Shown piece after piece: positions 27,205 to 37,675 of a stretch of 62,235 bases of DNA. How positions within the stretch are numbered: the stretch's first letter is position 1; each line of letters begins with the position of its first letter. The notes under the pieces were generated by a model. That model made no database searches. It was not told the DNA's origin and was given only the letters and a program-made list of their open reading frames with translations. The position numbers were made by a program, and so were the translations under genes. This DNA is from Candidatus Magasanikiibacteriota bacterium (lineage in GTDB: Bacteria > Patescibacteriota > Patescibacteriia > Magasanikbacterales > GWA2-37-8), in assembly GCA_036744835.1 (NCBI GenBank), contig DAIOHD010000001.1, forward strand, positions 810,447-872,681, written 5' to 3'.

Positions 27205-28341
27205 TTATTTTAGATAACTTTCAAAATAAATAACATGACAACTATATCCATCAGGATTTTTTTGTAAATAATCCTGGTGATAGTCTTCCGCTGGATAAAA
27301 CTTTTCTAATTTTTCTAATGTTGTCACCACAGGATCTTTCCAACGTTTTGAATTGTTTACAATTTTAATAAAATTTTCTGCCTCTTTCTTTTCTTCTTCG
27401 TTTCCGTAAAAAATAGCCGAACGATAAGAATTTCCGATATCATTACATTGTTTATTCAATGTCGTTGGGTTATGAATTTGAAAGAAAAAATCTAATAAAT
27501 TTTTATAAGATGTTTTTTTGGGATCATACTCTATTTCAATCGCTTCGGCATGACCCTCGTGATTTTCATAAGTAGGGTTTTCCACCTTACCACCGGTATA
27601 ACCCACGGTAGTATTTATCACACCCGGTTGATTTCTAATCAGTTTTTCCATTCCCCAAAAACAACCACCAGCCAACACCGCTTTTTCGGTATTGATTTCT
27701 TTTAATTCAATCAATACTTCATTGCGCGTCATCCACGGTGGAGTCCCTGGTGCATTATAACCAGCATAAGCCACATTTCCTTCCGTCTCAACTCCATCAC
27801 GAGCAAGTGCTGAAAGCAATTTTTCTTGCATCTTTTTTATCCTCGCATCGAAACGATACCAAGAAAATTGCATCACTGCATATTTCTTGGCGGGAATCGT
27901 CACGATTTTTACTCGAGGATCATTGGGTGTCGGTAATGTTTCCAAAGTATAAGATCGAGGCATACTAAAAGATATTGTCTGCGAGTCACCCTCGTTCATC
28001 GCTACTACCGGCGCAGTCATAGATATTTTTTCTGAAGACCCTTTTGCTCCTTCTTTTTGAGAAACCACAGGAGCGGTCATGGAAATACTTTCTTTTTTGG
28101 TATTTCCACCAAAAATATACCCCGCCAAAATACCAAAGCCACTATTCATGGATTTTCCATAGGAACCCTCTACTGTAGTCTGCGCCACAATTCGTTCTGG
28201 ATATTCCCGAATTTCGTAATCATTCATTTTTTTCACCACACTATAGTCAGCCTGCTCAACACGGGAACTAAAAAATCCCCAAGCAGACCAAAGCGCAATA
28301 ATTACGACGAAAGCGATAATTATGTAGTTCATATTTTTCAT
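27205..28341 (-). CDS. msrA: SOUL heme-binding domain fused to peptide methionine sulfoxide reductase A
   Basis: N-terminal anchor; YEIREY, GFGILAGYIFGGN, ISMTAPV (SOUL); AGGCFWG, GYTGG, HAEAIEIEYDP, AEDYHQDY (MsrA). Confidence 0.88.
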   Translation of the reverse strand: MKNMNYIIIAFVVIIALWSAWGFFSSRVEQADYSVVKKMNDYEIREYPERIVAQTTVEGSYGKSMNSGFGILAGYIFGGNTKKESISMTAPVVSQKEGAKGSSEKISMTAPVVAMNEGDSQTISFSMPRSYTLETLPTPNDPRVKIVTIPAKKYAVMQFSWYRFDARIKKMQEKLLSALARDGVETEGNVAYAGYNAPGTPPWMTRNEVLIELKEINTEKAVLAGGCFWGMEKLIRNQPGVINTTVGYTGGKVENPTYENHEGHAEAIEIEYDPKKTSYKNLLDFFFQIHNPTTLNKQCNDIGNSYRSAIFYGNEEEKKEAENFIKIVNNSKRWKDPVVTTLEKLEKFYPAEDYHQDYLQKNPDGYSCHVIYFESYLK

Positions 28342-28462
28342 ACAATTATATAATTTTGTAATATTTATAACTAAATTTTACCCTTTTAAATCAAAACACG
28401 CAAGAAATATCAAACAAAAAAGCTCCAGACAGGCATGTTGGAGCTTTTTTAGTTTTTCCCTT

Positions 28463-29152
28463 TTATCGCGACAGGCACGCTACGACAAAAGGTTTTAATT
28501 TTTCTTTTAGATTTTCCAATTCTTCTTCGCTATAAGTTTCTTCATTTAAAACTTTTTCATCAACCGTTTTGGTAGAAACAAATTTTTGTAAAAAATATTG
28601 TTTTGCGCCAGCAATATCTCTGCCTATTTGTATTATATCCTCTGGAGATAATAAATTTTTTACCAAAGTTGTGCGAAATTCATAATCTATTCCTGAGTTT
28701 TTTATCATTTTCACGCTTTGTTTTATCTTTTCTATATTAACCGGCATTTTGGTTATCTCTTCATATTTTGAGAAAGGTGCTTTGATATCCATCGCTAGAT
28801 AACTCACCAATTTTTGATCAATGATTTCTTTGAGCATGTCTGGATTAGTGCCATTGGTATCCAGTTTGATGAGAAAACCCAAATCTCGAATTTTTTTGAT
28901 AAACTCTATCAAGTCATATTGGAGAGTAGGTTCTCCACCGGTGATAGACACTGCGTCTAACTTCCCTACTCTTTCTTTCAAGAAGTCAAAAAACTCATCT
29001 TCGTTTAAACTTTCCCCAAACATTTCTGGTTTTACCAATTCTGGATTATGACAATACGGACAGCGGAAATTACAGCCTTGTGTAAAAATAATACAAGCGA
29101 TTTTATCCGGATAATCTATCATTGAAAATTTTTGCAAACCGCCTATTTTCAT
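28463..29152 (-). CDS. nrdG: Anaerobic ribonucleotide reductase activating radical-SAM enzyme
   Basis: GCNFRCPYCHN; SITGGEPT; adjacent to nrdD. Confidence 0.93.
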   Translation of the reverse strand: MKIGGLQKFSMIDYPDKIACIIFTQGCNFRCPYCHNPELVKPEMFGESLNEDEFFDFLKERVGKLDAVSITGGEPTLQYDLIEFIKKIRDLGFLIKLDTNGTNPDMLKEIIDQKLVSYLAMDIKAPFSKYEEITKMPVNIEKIKQSVKMIKNSGIDYEFRTTLVKNLLSPEDIIQIGRDIAGAKQYFLQKFVSTKTVDEKVLNEETYSEEELENLKEKLKPFVVACLSR

Positions 29153-29155
29153 ATT

Positions 29156-31291
29156 TTAACAAGTAGCGCAAGTGGTTTGCATTATAGGTTCTTCTTCATT
29201 TATAGGAACTTTGAAAGTTTTACGCATACCAAATTCGGCTTTTTTTCCATGATTCCATTGTTCTACCGGGCGCAAGTAACCCACTACACGAGAGTAGACT
29301 TCGGTTTTAGCCTCACAAGTCGGACATTTAAAATGTTCCCCAACAATATAGCCATGGCTTGGACAAACAGAAAATGTTGGTGAGAAAGTAAAGTAAGGTA
29401 ATTTATAAGTATTGCAAATTTTCTTAACCATACTCTTGACCGCCTCTACACTATTGATTTTTTCCCCTACAAACAAATGCATTACCGTACCACCAGTATA
29501 TTTTGTTTGCAATTGATCCTGCAATTCCATAGCTTCAAAAATATCATCTGTGTGATTTACCGGCAATTGAGTAGAATTAGTATAAAAAGGATGGGCCCCT
29601 CTTTGATATTCCTCTTCATTGGCCACTATAATTTCTGGATATTTAATTTTATCTTTACTAGCCAGACGGAAAGATGTGCCTTCGGCCGGAGTAGCTTCTA
29701 GATTATAAATACTACCAGTTTCAGTCTGATAAACCTGCAATCTGTCGCGCATAAAATTCATGATACGAACGGCAAATTCTAAACCTTCTTTTTCCGTAAT
29801 ATTTTTGCCCAACAAATTTTTAACCGCTTCGTTCATCCCGACTAGTCCGATAGTGCCAAAATGGTTTTTCCAATATTGATCAAATCGAGCTTTGATATTG
29901 CGTAAATAATATTTGGCGTAAGGATAAAGATTTTTTTCCGTCAAAGTTTCCAAAATTTTTCTCTTGATTTCCAAACTGTCTTTGGCCAGATCCATCAAAC
30001 GACCGAGTTTTTCTTTAAACTCTTCTTCAGTTTTAGATGTATAACCCAAACGAGGCAAGTTAATTGTTACTACACCGATAGAACCGGTCAATGGATTGGC
30101 GCCAAAAAGACCACCACCGCGAGATTGCAGTTCACGATTATCAATACGTAAACGACAGCACATACTGCGAGCGTCTTCAGGGTTCATATCCGAATTTACA
30201 AAATTGGAAAAATAAGGAATGCCATATTTGGCGGTCATCTCCCAAAGATTTTTGAGTTCCGGATTATCCCAATCAAAATCCTTGGTAATATTGTAGGTCG
30301 GAATCGGAAAAGTAAATACCCTACCTTTTGCATCCCCTTCCATCATGACTTCAAAAAAAGCTTTATTAAACAAGTCCATTTCTGCCTGAAATTCACCGTA
30401 AGTTTCTTTTTGTGGCTTACCACCAATGATTACCGGTTGATCTTTATAATAGCTTGGCACTTTCAAATCCAAAGTCACGTTAGTAAAAGGAGTTTGAAAA
30501 CCAACACGAGTTGGAACATTTACATTAAAAATAAATTCCTGCAAACATTGTTTTACTTCTTTATAACCTAAGTTATCGTAACGTATAAACGGAGCAAGTA
30601 AAGTATCGAAATTGGAAAAAGCTTGAGCTCCAGCAGCCTCTCCTTGCAAAGTATAGAAGAAATTTACCACTTGTCCCAAAGCCGGACGCAAATGTTTGGC
30701 CGGTTTGGTTTCCACTTTTCCAGCTACTCCGGTAAAACCCTCGGTCAATAAATCCATCAGATCCCAGCCCACACAATATACAGACAAAATATTTAAATCG
30801 TGGATATGAAAATCACCTTCTAAATAGGCATTTTTAATTTCTTTTGGATAAATTTTATTCAACCAATAAACTTTACTGATTTCAGAAGAAATATAATTAT
30901 TTAAACCCTGAAGTGAAAAAGCCATGTTACTATTCTCGTTTACCTGCCAATCCGCTTGAGACAAATATTGATCTATCAAATCAACACTGGCTTTATTGGT
31001 TAATTCACGCAACTGTTTGTGTTGCTCACGGTAAATAATATAAGATTTGGCTGTTTTTACATAAGTCGAATCAATCAACACAGCTTCCACCATATCTTGT
31101 AAATCTTCTACTCCTGGAACTTCCTTGCGAATCATTTTACTTGCCAATTGTACAACTTTGATAGCCAAACGACGAGCGGTGGTTTCGTCAAATTCTCCAG
31201 AAGCCTGTCCGGCTTTTGTAAGCGCAATGACTATTTTCTCGGCATCAAAATCAACCACACGGCCGTCCCTCTTTTTGATTTTATCAAACAT
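29156..31291 (-). CDS. nrdD: Class III anaerobic ribonucleoside-triphosphate reductase with ATP cone
   Basis: IKKRDGRVVDFD ATP cone; SMCCRL; YSRVVGYLRP glycyl-radical motif; CPSH/CPTC zinc site. Confidence 0.96.
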   Translation of the reverse strand: MFDKIKKRDGRVVDFDAEKIVIALTKAGQASGEFDETTARRLAIKVVQLASKMIRKEVPGVEDLQDMVEAVLIDSTYVKTAKSYIIYREQHKQLRELTNKASVDLIDQYLSQADWQVNENSNMAFSLQGLNNYISSEISKVYWLNKIYPKEIKNAYLEGDFHIHDLNILSVYCVGWDLMDLLTEGFTGVAGKVETKPAKHLRPALGQVVNFFYTLQGEAAGAQAFSNFDTLLAPFIRYDNLGYKEVKQCLQEFIFNVNVPTRVGFQTPFTNVTLDLKVPSYYKDQPVIIGGKPQKETYGEFQAEMDLFNKAFFEVMMEGDAKGRVFTFPIPTYNITKDFDWDNPELKNLWEMTAKYGIPYFSNFVNSDMNPEDARSMCCRLRIDNRELQSRGGGLFGANPLTGSIGVVTINLPRLGYTSKTEEEFKEKLGRLMDLAKDSLEIKRKILETLTEKNLYPYAKYYLRNIKARFDQYWKNHFGTIGLVGMNEAVKNLLGKNITEKEGLEFAVRIMNFMRDRLQVYQTETGSIYNLEATPAEGTSFRLASKDKIKYPEIIVANEEEYQRGAHPFYTNSTQLPVNHTDDIFEAMELQDQLQTKYTGGTVMHLFVGEKINSVEAVKSMVKKICNTYKLPYFTFSPTFSVCPSHGYIVGEHFKCPTCEAKTEVYSRVVGYLRPVEQWNHGKKAEFGMRKTFKVPINEEEPIMQTTCATC

Positions 31292-31330
31292 ATATTTTAA
31301 AAAATTATTGATTTTAAAGTATTTTGCTCT

Positions 31331-31379
31331 TTTCTATATGTTGTGTTTAAAGTTTATTTTTCAACACAACATATTGTGT
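31331..31379. promoter_or_regulatory. Tandem NrdR boxes
   Basis: ACACAACATATTGTGT (31364-31379) and reverse ACACAACATATAGAAA (31331-31346) match acaCwAtATaTwGtg, 33 bp apart, upstream of nrdD. Confidence 0.75.
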
Positions 31380-31487
31380 TTTTTTGAGCATTTTCATTAT
31401 AACACTTTCGTCAAGCACTGCCAATGATCGATCTATTTTTGCTAATCTAAAAAGAAAAAAGGTGGTCGTTCTAGTTTCAAAAAAAAG

Positions 31488-31496
31488 TTATCCACA
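31488..31496 (+). promoter_or_regulatory. DnaA box in the nrdD/ruvB divergent region
   Basis: Perfect TTATCCACA. Confidence 0.5.
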
Positions 31497-31591
31497 AATA
31501 AAAATAAAACCGGCTGGATTGTTCAAACAACCGATATTAAAAAATCAATCTCCTTGTTTTTATAACCATTTTATATTACAATAAAATCACT

Positions 31592-32632
31592 ATGGATGAA
31601 GAATTTATTATAGAAAACGAAGAAAGTTTAATAAAACCGGAAGAATTGCCGGGAGAAGTTGTATTTGAAAATAATCTCCGACCGCAAAAATTATCCGATT
31701 TTATCGGCCAAGAACAACTAAAACAAAATCTAGATATTTCCATGCAAGCCGCCAAAAAACGAGGTGATTGTTTGGAACATGTCCTGCTTTATGGCAATCC
31801 TGGTTTGGGTAAAACTACTTTAGCCCATATTATTGGTAAAGAAATGGGAGCTAATGTCAAAACTACCGCCGGTCCGGCTTTGGAAAAAGTCGGTGATTTG
31901 GCAGCTATCTTATCCAATTTAGAACAAGGCGATATTTTATTTATTGATGAAATACACCGCTTAAATAAAACAATTGAGGAAGTCCTGTACCCTGCTCTAG
32001 AGGATTATTGTTTGGATATTATTATCGGTTCAGGACCAGCTGCCCGCACCATTCGTATGCCTTTAAACCGTTTTACATTAATCGGAGCCACTACCAAAAT
32101 GAGTATGATTTCCGGGCCACTGCGTGACCGTTTCGGACATGCTTATCATCTAAATTTTTATGAAGAAAAAGATATCAAACAAATCATCCACCGTAGTGCG
32201 CAAATTCTAAATATAGCAGCGGATGAACCGTCTTTGCAAATAATTTCCAGTCGTGCTCGACGTACGCCTCGTATCGCCAATAGACTGCTCAAACGAGTGC
32301 GTGATTTTTCTCAAGTTAAACACGAAGGTATTTTGAATGAAAAAATCGCATCAGAAGCTCTGACTATGCTTTCTATCGATGAACATGGACTAGATGAGGT
32401 AGATCGCAAACTTTTGGAAGTCCTGATTGAAAAATTTAATGGAGGACCGGTAGGCTTAAATACTTTGGCTGCCGCAATATCTGAGGAAATGGATGCTATT
32501 GAAAACATTTACGAACCATATCTTTTGCAAACTGGATTTCTGGAAAGAACCCCGCGTGGACGCAAAGCAACACCTCTGGCTTACAGACATTTGGGGTTTG
32601 AGGAACCGAAAAATAATGGAGTTTTATTATAA
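31592..32632 (+). CDS. ruvB: Holliday junction branch migration helicase RuvB
   Basis: LRPQKLSDFIGQ, GNPGLGKTTLA, FIDEIHRL, GATT, RTPRGR. Confidence 0.98.
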   Translation: MDEEFIIENEESLIKPEELPGEVVFENNLRPQKLSDFIGQEQLKQNLDISMQAAKKRGDCLEHVLLYGNPGLGKTTLAHIIGKEMGANVKTTAGPALEKVGDLAAILSNLEQGDILFIDEIHRLNKTIEEVLYPALEDYCLDIIIGSGPAARTIRMPLNRFTLIGATTKMSMISGPLRDRFGHAYHLNFYEEKDIKQIIHRSAQILNIAADEPSLQIISSRARRTPRIANRLLKRVRDFSQVKHEGILNEKIASEALTMLSIDEHGLDEVDRKLLEVLIEKFNGGPVGLNTLAAAISEEMDAIENIYEPYLLQTGFLERTPRGRKATPLAYRHLGFEEPKNNGVLL

Positions 32633-32709
32633 AAAAGCTTTTTAGTATTTAAAAATTGATAAATAAAAATTAATTAAAAATTGAAAATTAAAAATTTTAA
32701 ATTGTTATT

Positions 32710-32982
32710 ATGCCTTTCATCCTTTCACTCCCTCTTTATATTTTTCTCTTCGCTTTTTTGGGATTTCTCGTTATTTTTGTAATTTTTATTTTTTTTGATT
32801 TATATCATATTTTTGAAACAAACTCTTTGACAATTATCAGTTTAACAGTGACTATTCTGATTTTTTCAGTTTCTGCTTTATCTTTATTTTTTACTTGGTC
32901 CTTATTACAAAATGTAGATTGGAAAACACCTGTGCTGATTTTTGATTCTTCCTGGATCACAAAATTATTTACTTTTAATTAA
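32710..32982 (+). CDS. Small two-TM hypothetical membrane protein
   Basis: Two hydrophobic helices, co-oriented after ruvB. Confidence 0.65.
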   Translation: MPFILSLPLYIFLFAFLGFLVIFVIFIFFDLYHIFETNSLTIISLTVTILIFSVSALSLFFTWSLLQNVDWKTPVLIFDSSWITKLFTFN

Positions 32983-33061
32983 TTTTGACTTTTGAATTAA
33001 ACAGATAATCTTGTATTCCTCCAATTTTTTACTTTTAATTTTCAACTTTTAACTTAGCCCT

Positions 33062-33604
33062 ATGTCTATTGGAAAAATCGTCACTTTAAAATCATACGAG
33101 AAAGAAATTTTTCGCGTTCGCCCCCATATTATTACTTTTTTACCCGGTTTTTCTCTTTATCTTTTAGCAGTAGCCATACTTGTCGGAGCGGTTTTATATT
33201 TTTTTACCACCATGGGAGATGATTTGCTCACCTCGATTTATGCTCCACTTATTGTATTGGGAGGGGCTGTTTATATTTTATCGATTAATTTATTTTTCTT
33301 TGCCTACTTTATCGATTTTTATCTAGATATTCTTTTTATTACCAATGATAGATTAGTGGATATCGAACAAAATAATTTATTTGCCAGAACAATCTCCGAA
33401 GTTGATCTTTATCGAGTACAGGATGTAACTTCTGAAGTAAAGGGTTTTTTAGCTCATTTTTTTAATTATGGTAACCTGACTATTCAAACTGCTGGTACAG
33501 AACAAAAATTTGTTATGCACAATGTCCCCGATCCTCACGGATTAAGACAAAAACTTTTGGATTTAGCCGATACTGATAGAAAATATCACCAAGAAGTAAA
33601 ATAG
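33062..33604 (+). CDS. Membrane-anchored bacterial PH-domain protein (bPH_2-like)
   Basis: Two TM then ITNDRLVDIEQ...RVQDV...FNYGNLTIQTAG. Confidence 0.8.
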   Translation: MSIGKIVTLKSYEKEIFRVRPHIITFLPGFSLYLLAVAILVGAVLYFFTTMGDDLLTSIYAPLIVLGGAVYILSINLFFFAYFIDFYLDILFITNDRLVDIEQNNLFARTISEVDLYRVQDVTSEVKGFLAHFFNYGNLTIQTAGTEQKFVMHNVPDPHGLRQKLLDLADTDRKYHQEVK

Positions 33605-33864
33605 CATTGAATATTGGAAATCAAAAAAATCTCACCCTACTGGTGAGATTTTTATTTTTAAGCATTGCTTGCTTTTTCCTCATCTTTTTTTTCTTTTTCT
33701 TCTTGTTGCTTTTTCTTCATTGCTTCATATTCTGCCGGAGTGGGAATATAGTTTGGATCATCTGGGTCCAAAAAATCTTCTTCGACTCTTGGTCTGATTT
33801 CTTTTTCCCCTCCACGCCATCTTTTTGAATCTGACATATAATTTAATAATTTATTTTTTAATTT

Positions 33865-36006
33865 TTAATAAATTTTTTCCACTTGTACCCCTGTATAATA
33901 ATACTTCAAAAGCTGTTCGTATGTCCAGCCATCTTTATCCGCCCTTTGCGAAGCGTCCCAAGCGCTCATCCCAACTCCATGGCCAAATAATTTTTTACCT
34001 TGATCGTAAAAACAGGTTACAGGTATCAGCCAAGGTTTATCTGTCCCACCCCATACCTCTTTCCATGTCCTAGTTTTACCATCTGAATTACCAAAATAAG
34101 GCGTACCAATAACTTTATCTTCATAAGTCACCATTTCACCATAAGTAACTCTCGCCGCTTGAACAACTCTTGGCATCAATACTTCAGAGTTATAACCCAA
34201 ATAAAGTTGGTCGACTGTAGTGGCATATAAATCAAAAGTTCTTTGGTCAGAAGAAACACCATTATAAAGATGAAAATAAGCATAGGATCTGGCAGCAACC
34301 AATATTGCTTTGATATACTCCATAGCCGCACCATTACTGGTTTCACCAATCCCGGCAATATAAAGATCCATCGGCAATTCATTAACCACCCAAGCAATAT
34401 CTGTTTTGGGAGAATAAACAAATTCCATTATTCCTCGATAAATATTGAAATTTTTATTTCCTTTCCAACTTACCAGTCGACTATAATTGGTTAATGTAAA
34501 ATAATGGTTTAAATCATAAGGTACCAAACGAATTTTCTCCACAGAAATAAAATTCAAATTTGGACTATTAAAATAATAATTTCCTCCTGTATATCTCAAA
34601 GAAACACTTTCCGCTCCATATAAAACTCCTTTATATTCCTTTCCGGAAAAAACTTCATAAGAAAAATCTGATTTAAATTTGACTTCATCGAGAGCTTTGT
34701 AAAGACCTATTTTTACATTAGGTTCTGAAACCAAAACTCGATTATTCGTGAACTCCGGCTCTTGGTAATAAGGATTATTTTCTGTAACTGAAATCGGAAT
34801 TTCCAAAGTCCCGCCGTCGAGTGTATGATTGTTAGCAGTGAGTTGAAACCTGGCAGTATATTCACCTTTAGTTTTTGGGGCGCGAAAATAAAATTCTACT
34901 CGGATAGTTTGTTGTGGCTCGACATAAGTCACGCCTTGATAAATTTTTACTGGCGATAACCAACTACTATCGGCAATATTTATTTTGTTTAAACTACTGG
35001 AAACAGCGGTACTCCCGGCCTCTTGCCAAAGATAATTATCCCATTTCAGAGTACCAATATTAGTATACATAACTATAAATTTTATTTGTTCTCCACCCTT
35101 AGCTGTAACTTTATAAGCAGTCATGGCCGACAAATTTGTTTTATATTCTTTACTGACTTTTTGAGCTTCATCAGGTAAATAACCCGTATCATTACCGGTG
35201 ATATCTGTCGTTTCTTTTGTTTGTACAGTAGCTATTTCATCATTGATAAATTTTCTGGTTAACGGACCAAAATAACCAACAGCCGGAGAAATTTTATTGG
35301 CCTGCTGAAATTTTATCAAAGCGCTTTTGGTGGCAAAACCAAATCGCGTTGTTTCGTTGCCCATAGATCCGGCACCGGAAACAGATACGACAAAACCTTT
35401 ATTGTTGAGATATTTTTGTAATTGCTTAACATCCTCACCAGTTGAGCCAAGTTCTAAATTTTTATTAAAAACAAAATTTGTGACTAGACCTGTTGTTTGT
35501 TCAACATTAACTACTGGCACTGTTGGAGCGACGACCTTCAAGTCCAAATAAAAATAACTACTTTTAATCCAAGTTTTGTTTTCTGCGGCCAAATAAAAAT
35601 CTTCTTTATAATTTCCCGGCTTGTCCGGAGCTTTAATTTTGAAAGTAAATTCTGCGGTTTGTCCGGATAAAGTTCTACTTTTAATTTTAGCCGGATTACT
35701 TTTACTCAACCAAGAACTGTCGGTAAAAATACTTTGACGATAATTAGGATTAACCGTGTAAACGGAAACAAAATTAGCGCCCGTATTTTCCCAGGTTGCT
35801 TTCCCAATATTTTTTATTTTTACGGTTATCTCTTTTGTTTCTCCGGTTTTCAATTCAATCGGTTCTTGGAGCGATACGCTCATATACTGCCCCAAATAAT
35901 CCGCATCTTTAAAAGGAGGAGGAGTAAAGCCAATAGCTTTAACACTATTTGTTATTAACAAACTAAATCCAACAAATAAAACTATTAGGAATGCTTTTAA
36001 GCGCAT
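33865..36006 (-). CDS. Secreted SpoIID/LytB-domain protein with Ig-like and peptidoglycan-binding domains
   Basis: LELGSTGEDVKQLQKYL...GYFGPLTR (PG-binding); VNELPMDLYIAGI..E, AARSYA, GHGVGMS, ILKYYY-like (SpoIID); two N.G...W...APKT/APDK.G.Y Ig-like repeats. Confidence 0.85.
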   Translation of the reverse strand: MRLKAFLIVLFVGFSLLITNSVKAIGFTPPPFKDADYLGQYMSVSLQEPIELKTGETKEITVKIKNIGKATWENTGANFVSVYTVNPNYRQSIFTDSSWLSKSNPAKIKSRTLSGQTAEFTFKIKAPDKPGNYKEDFYLAAENKTWIKSSYFYLDLKVVAPTVPVVNVEQTTGLVTNFVFNKNLELGSTGEDVKQLQKYLNNKGFVVSVSGAGSMGNETTRFGFATKSALIKFQQANKISPAVGYFGPLTRKFINDEIATVQTKETTDITGNDTGYLPDEAQKVSKEYKTNLSAMTAYKVTAKGGEQIKFIVMYTNIGTLKWDNYLWQEAGSTAVSSSLNKINIADSSWLSPVKIYQGVTYVEPQQTIRVEFYFRAPKTKGEYTARFQLTANNHTLDGGTLEIPISVTENNPYYQEPEFTNNRVLVSEPNVKIGLYKALDEVKFKSDFSYEVFSGKEYKGVLYGAESVSLRYTGGNYYFNSPNLNFISVEKIRLVPYDLNHYFTLTNYSRLVSWKGNKNFNIYRGIMEFVYSPKTDIAWVVNELPMDLYIAGIGETSNGAAMEYIKAILVAARSYAYFHLYNGVSSDQRTFDLYATTVDQLYLGYNSEVLMPRVVQAARVTYGEMVTYEDKVIGTPYFGNSDGKTRTWKEVWGGTDKPWLIPVTCFYDQGKKLFGHGVGMSAWDASQRADKDGWTYEQLLKYYYTGVQVEKIY

Positions 36007-36239
36007 AATTTTCAATTTTTAATTTAAAATTTTCAATTAATTTTCATTTTTTCAATTATCAATGGCGCTTTGTAAATTGCCTCATTAAAAATTCGATAAA
36101 AATTATAAAATTAAAAATTGAAAATTCTATTTATGGATTTATTATACCACACTTTTTTACTCTTGGTCAGAAAAAATATTTTATGTTATACTTATATTAC
36201 AAATAACGTGAATGGATTATTTCGCGTGGTTTGGTTTTT

Positions 36240-37664
36240 ATGAGTCAGACTAAACAAATTTATCAAAATACTTTGGTGCAGTTGATAGGAAAAATTATCA
36301 GCACTGTTTTGGGCTTGGTGGTAGTGGCTATCATGACCCGCTCTTTGGGTGTGGAAAAATTTGGTTGGTATGCTACGGCCACTGGTTTTTTGCAATTTAT
36401 CGGTATATTTTGTGATTTTGGCTTTACCGTAGTGTCAGCCAACATGCTCTCTCGTCCAGATTTTGATAAAAAAACTCTTTTTAATAACCTGTTTACTTTA
36501 AGATTGATAACCGCCCTATTTTTTCAAGGATTTTTACCATTTATAATTTTCTTTTTCCCTTATCCTCTTGAAATAAAATTGGCCGTCATGGTTATTGCCC
36601 TGTCTTTTATCAACACTTCAATTAACCAGGTTTTTATCGCTTCATTACAAACCAAACTCAAAATGCATCTGCAGTCTATTGGTGAAATAATTGGTCGCAT
36701 TATTTTGGTTATAGGAACTCTATTGGTTGTAAAAAATGATTTCGGATTTTTACCGATGATGAGTATTATTACTTTGTCTTCATTTTTTTATACCGGCTAT
36801 CTTTGGTATAAAAGCGAAAAAATTTCACTACAAATTGATAAAAATATTTCTAAAGCGATTTTTATTCAGCTTTGGCCAACGGCTTTGGCGGTTATTTTCA
36901 ATGCTATTTATCTACAAGGAGACCGCGTTATTTTACCGCTTTATGTTCCACAAACAGACGTGGCTTTTTATGGTGCGGCTTATCGAGTACTTGATATTGT
37001 TATACAAGTCAGCTCTATGGTTATGGGCATCATGACTCCTCTCCTGGCTTTTGCTTGGTCTCGCCAAATAATGGCAGATTTCAAAAAAAATGCCCAATTG
37101 GCTTTTGATCTATTGATGACTTTGCTTATTCCAATGGTTTTTGGTGCTTTTGTTTTGGCAGAACCAATTATGCGTTTTGTGGCCGGTGCCAATTTTTCTG
37201 GGGCGGGAAAAATTTTACAAATCCTTATCATTTCCATTTTCGGCGTTTGTTTTGGAATGGTTTTTGGACATTTGGCTTTGGCAATAAATAAACAGCGACA
37301 GGTTTTCTGGGTTTATCTCAGCGATGCTCTTTTAAGTTTAGTCGGTTATTTTATTTTTATTCCCAAGTTTGGCATGTACGGTGCGGCTTATGTCACTATT
37401 TTCTCCGAATTTTACGCCGGAGCATTACTTTTGATAATGGCCTACCACTACAGTGGCTTTTTTCCAAAACTCTTTACTTTACTCAAAATTTTGTTTATCT
37501 CTTTACTAATGTCTATTTTGATTTATAATTTAAGAGAAGAACACATACTGATCTTAATTTCTTTGGCCGGGCTTTTCTACACCCTGGGTGCCATAGCTTT
37601 GAAAATATTTTCTCGTGACAGTTTATTACAACTTATTCCTTTTAATAAATTAAATAAAAACTAA
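36240..37664 (+). CDS. Wzx-like polysaccharide flippase
   Basis: 12+ TM; RSLGVEKFGWY, DFG, YGAAYR, PKFGMYGAA. Confidence 0.88.
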   Translation: MSQTKQIYQNTLVQLIGKIISTVLGLVVVAIMTRSLGVEKFGWYATATGFLQFIGIFCDFGFTVVSANMLSRPDFDKKTLFNNLFTLRLITALFFQGFLPFIIFFFPYPLEIKLAVMVIALSFINTSINQVFIASLQTKLKMHLQSIGEIIGRIILVIGTLLVVKNDFGFLPMMSIITLSSFFYTGYLWYKSEKISLQIDKNISKAIFIQLWPTALAVIFNAIYLQGDRVILPLYVPQTDVAFYGAAYRVLDIVIQVSSMVMGIMTPLLAFAWSRQIMADFKKNAQLAFDLLMTLLIPMVFGAFVLAEPIMRFVAGANFSGAGKILQILIISIFGVCFGMVFGHLALAINKQRQVFWVYLSDALLSLVGYFIFIPKFGMYGAAYVTIFSEFYAGALLLIMAYHYSGFFPKLFTLLKILFISLLMSILIYNLREEHILILISLAGLFYTLGAIALKIFSRDSLLQLIPFNKLNKN

Positions 37665-37675
37665 ATTTAAAATAT

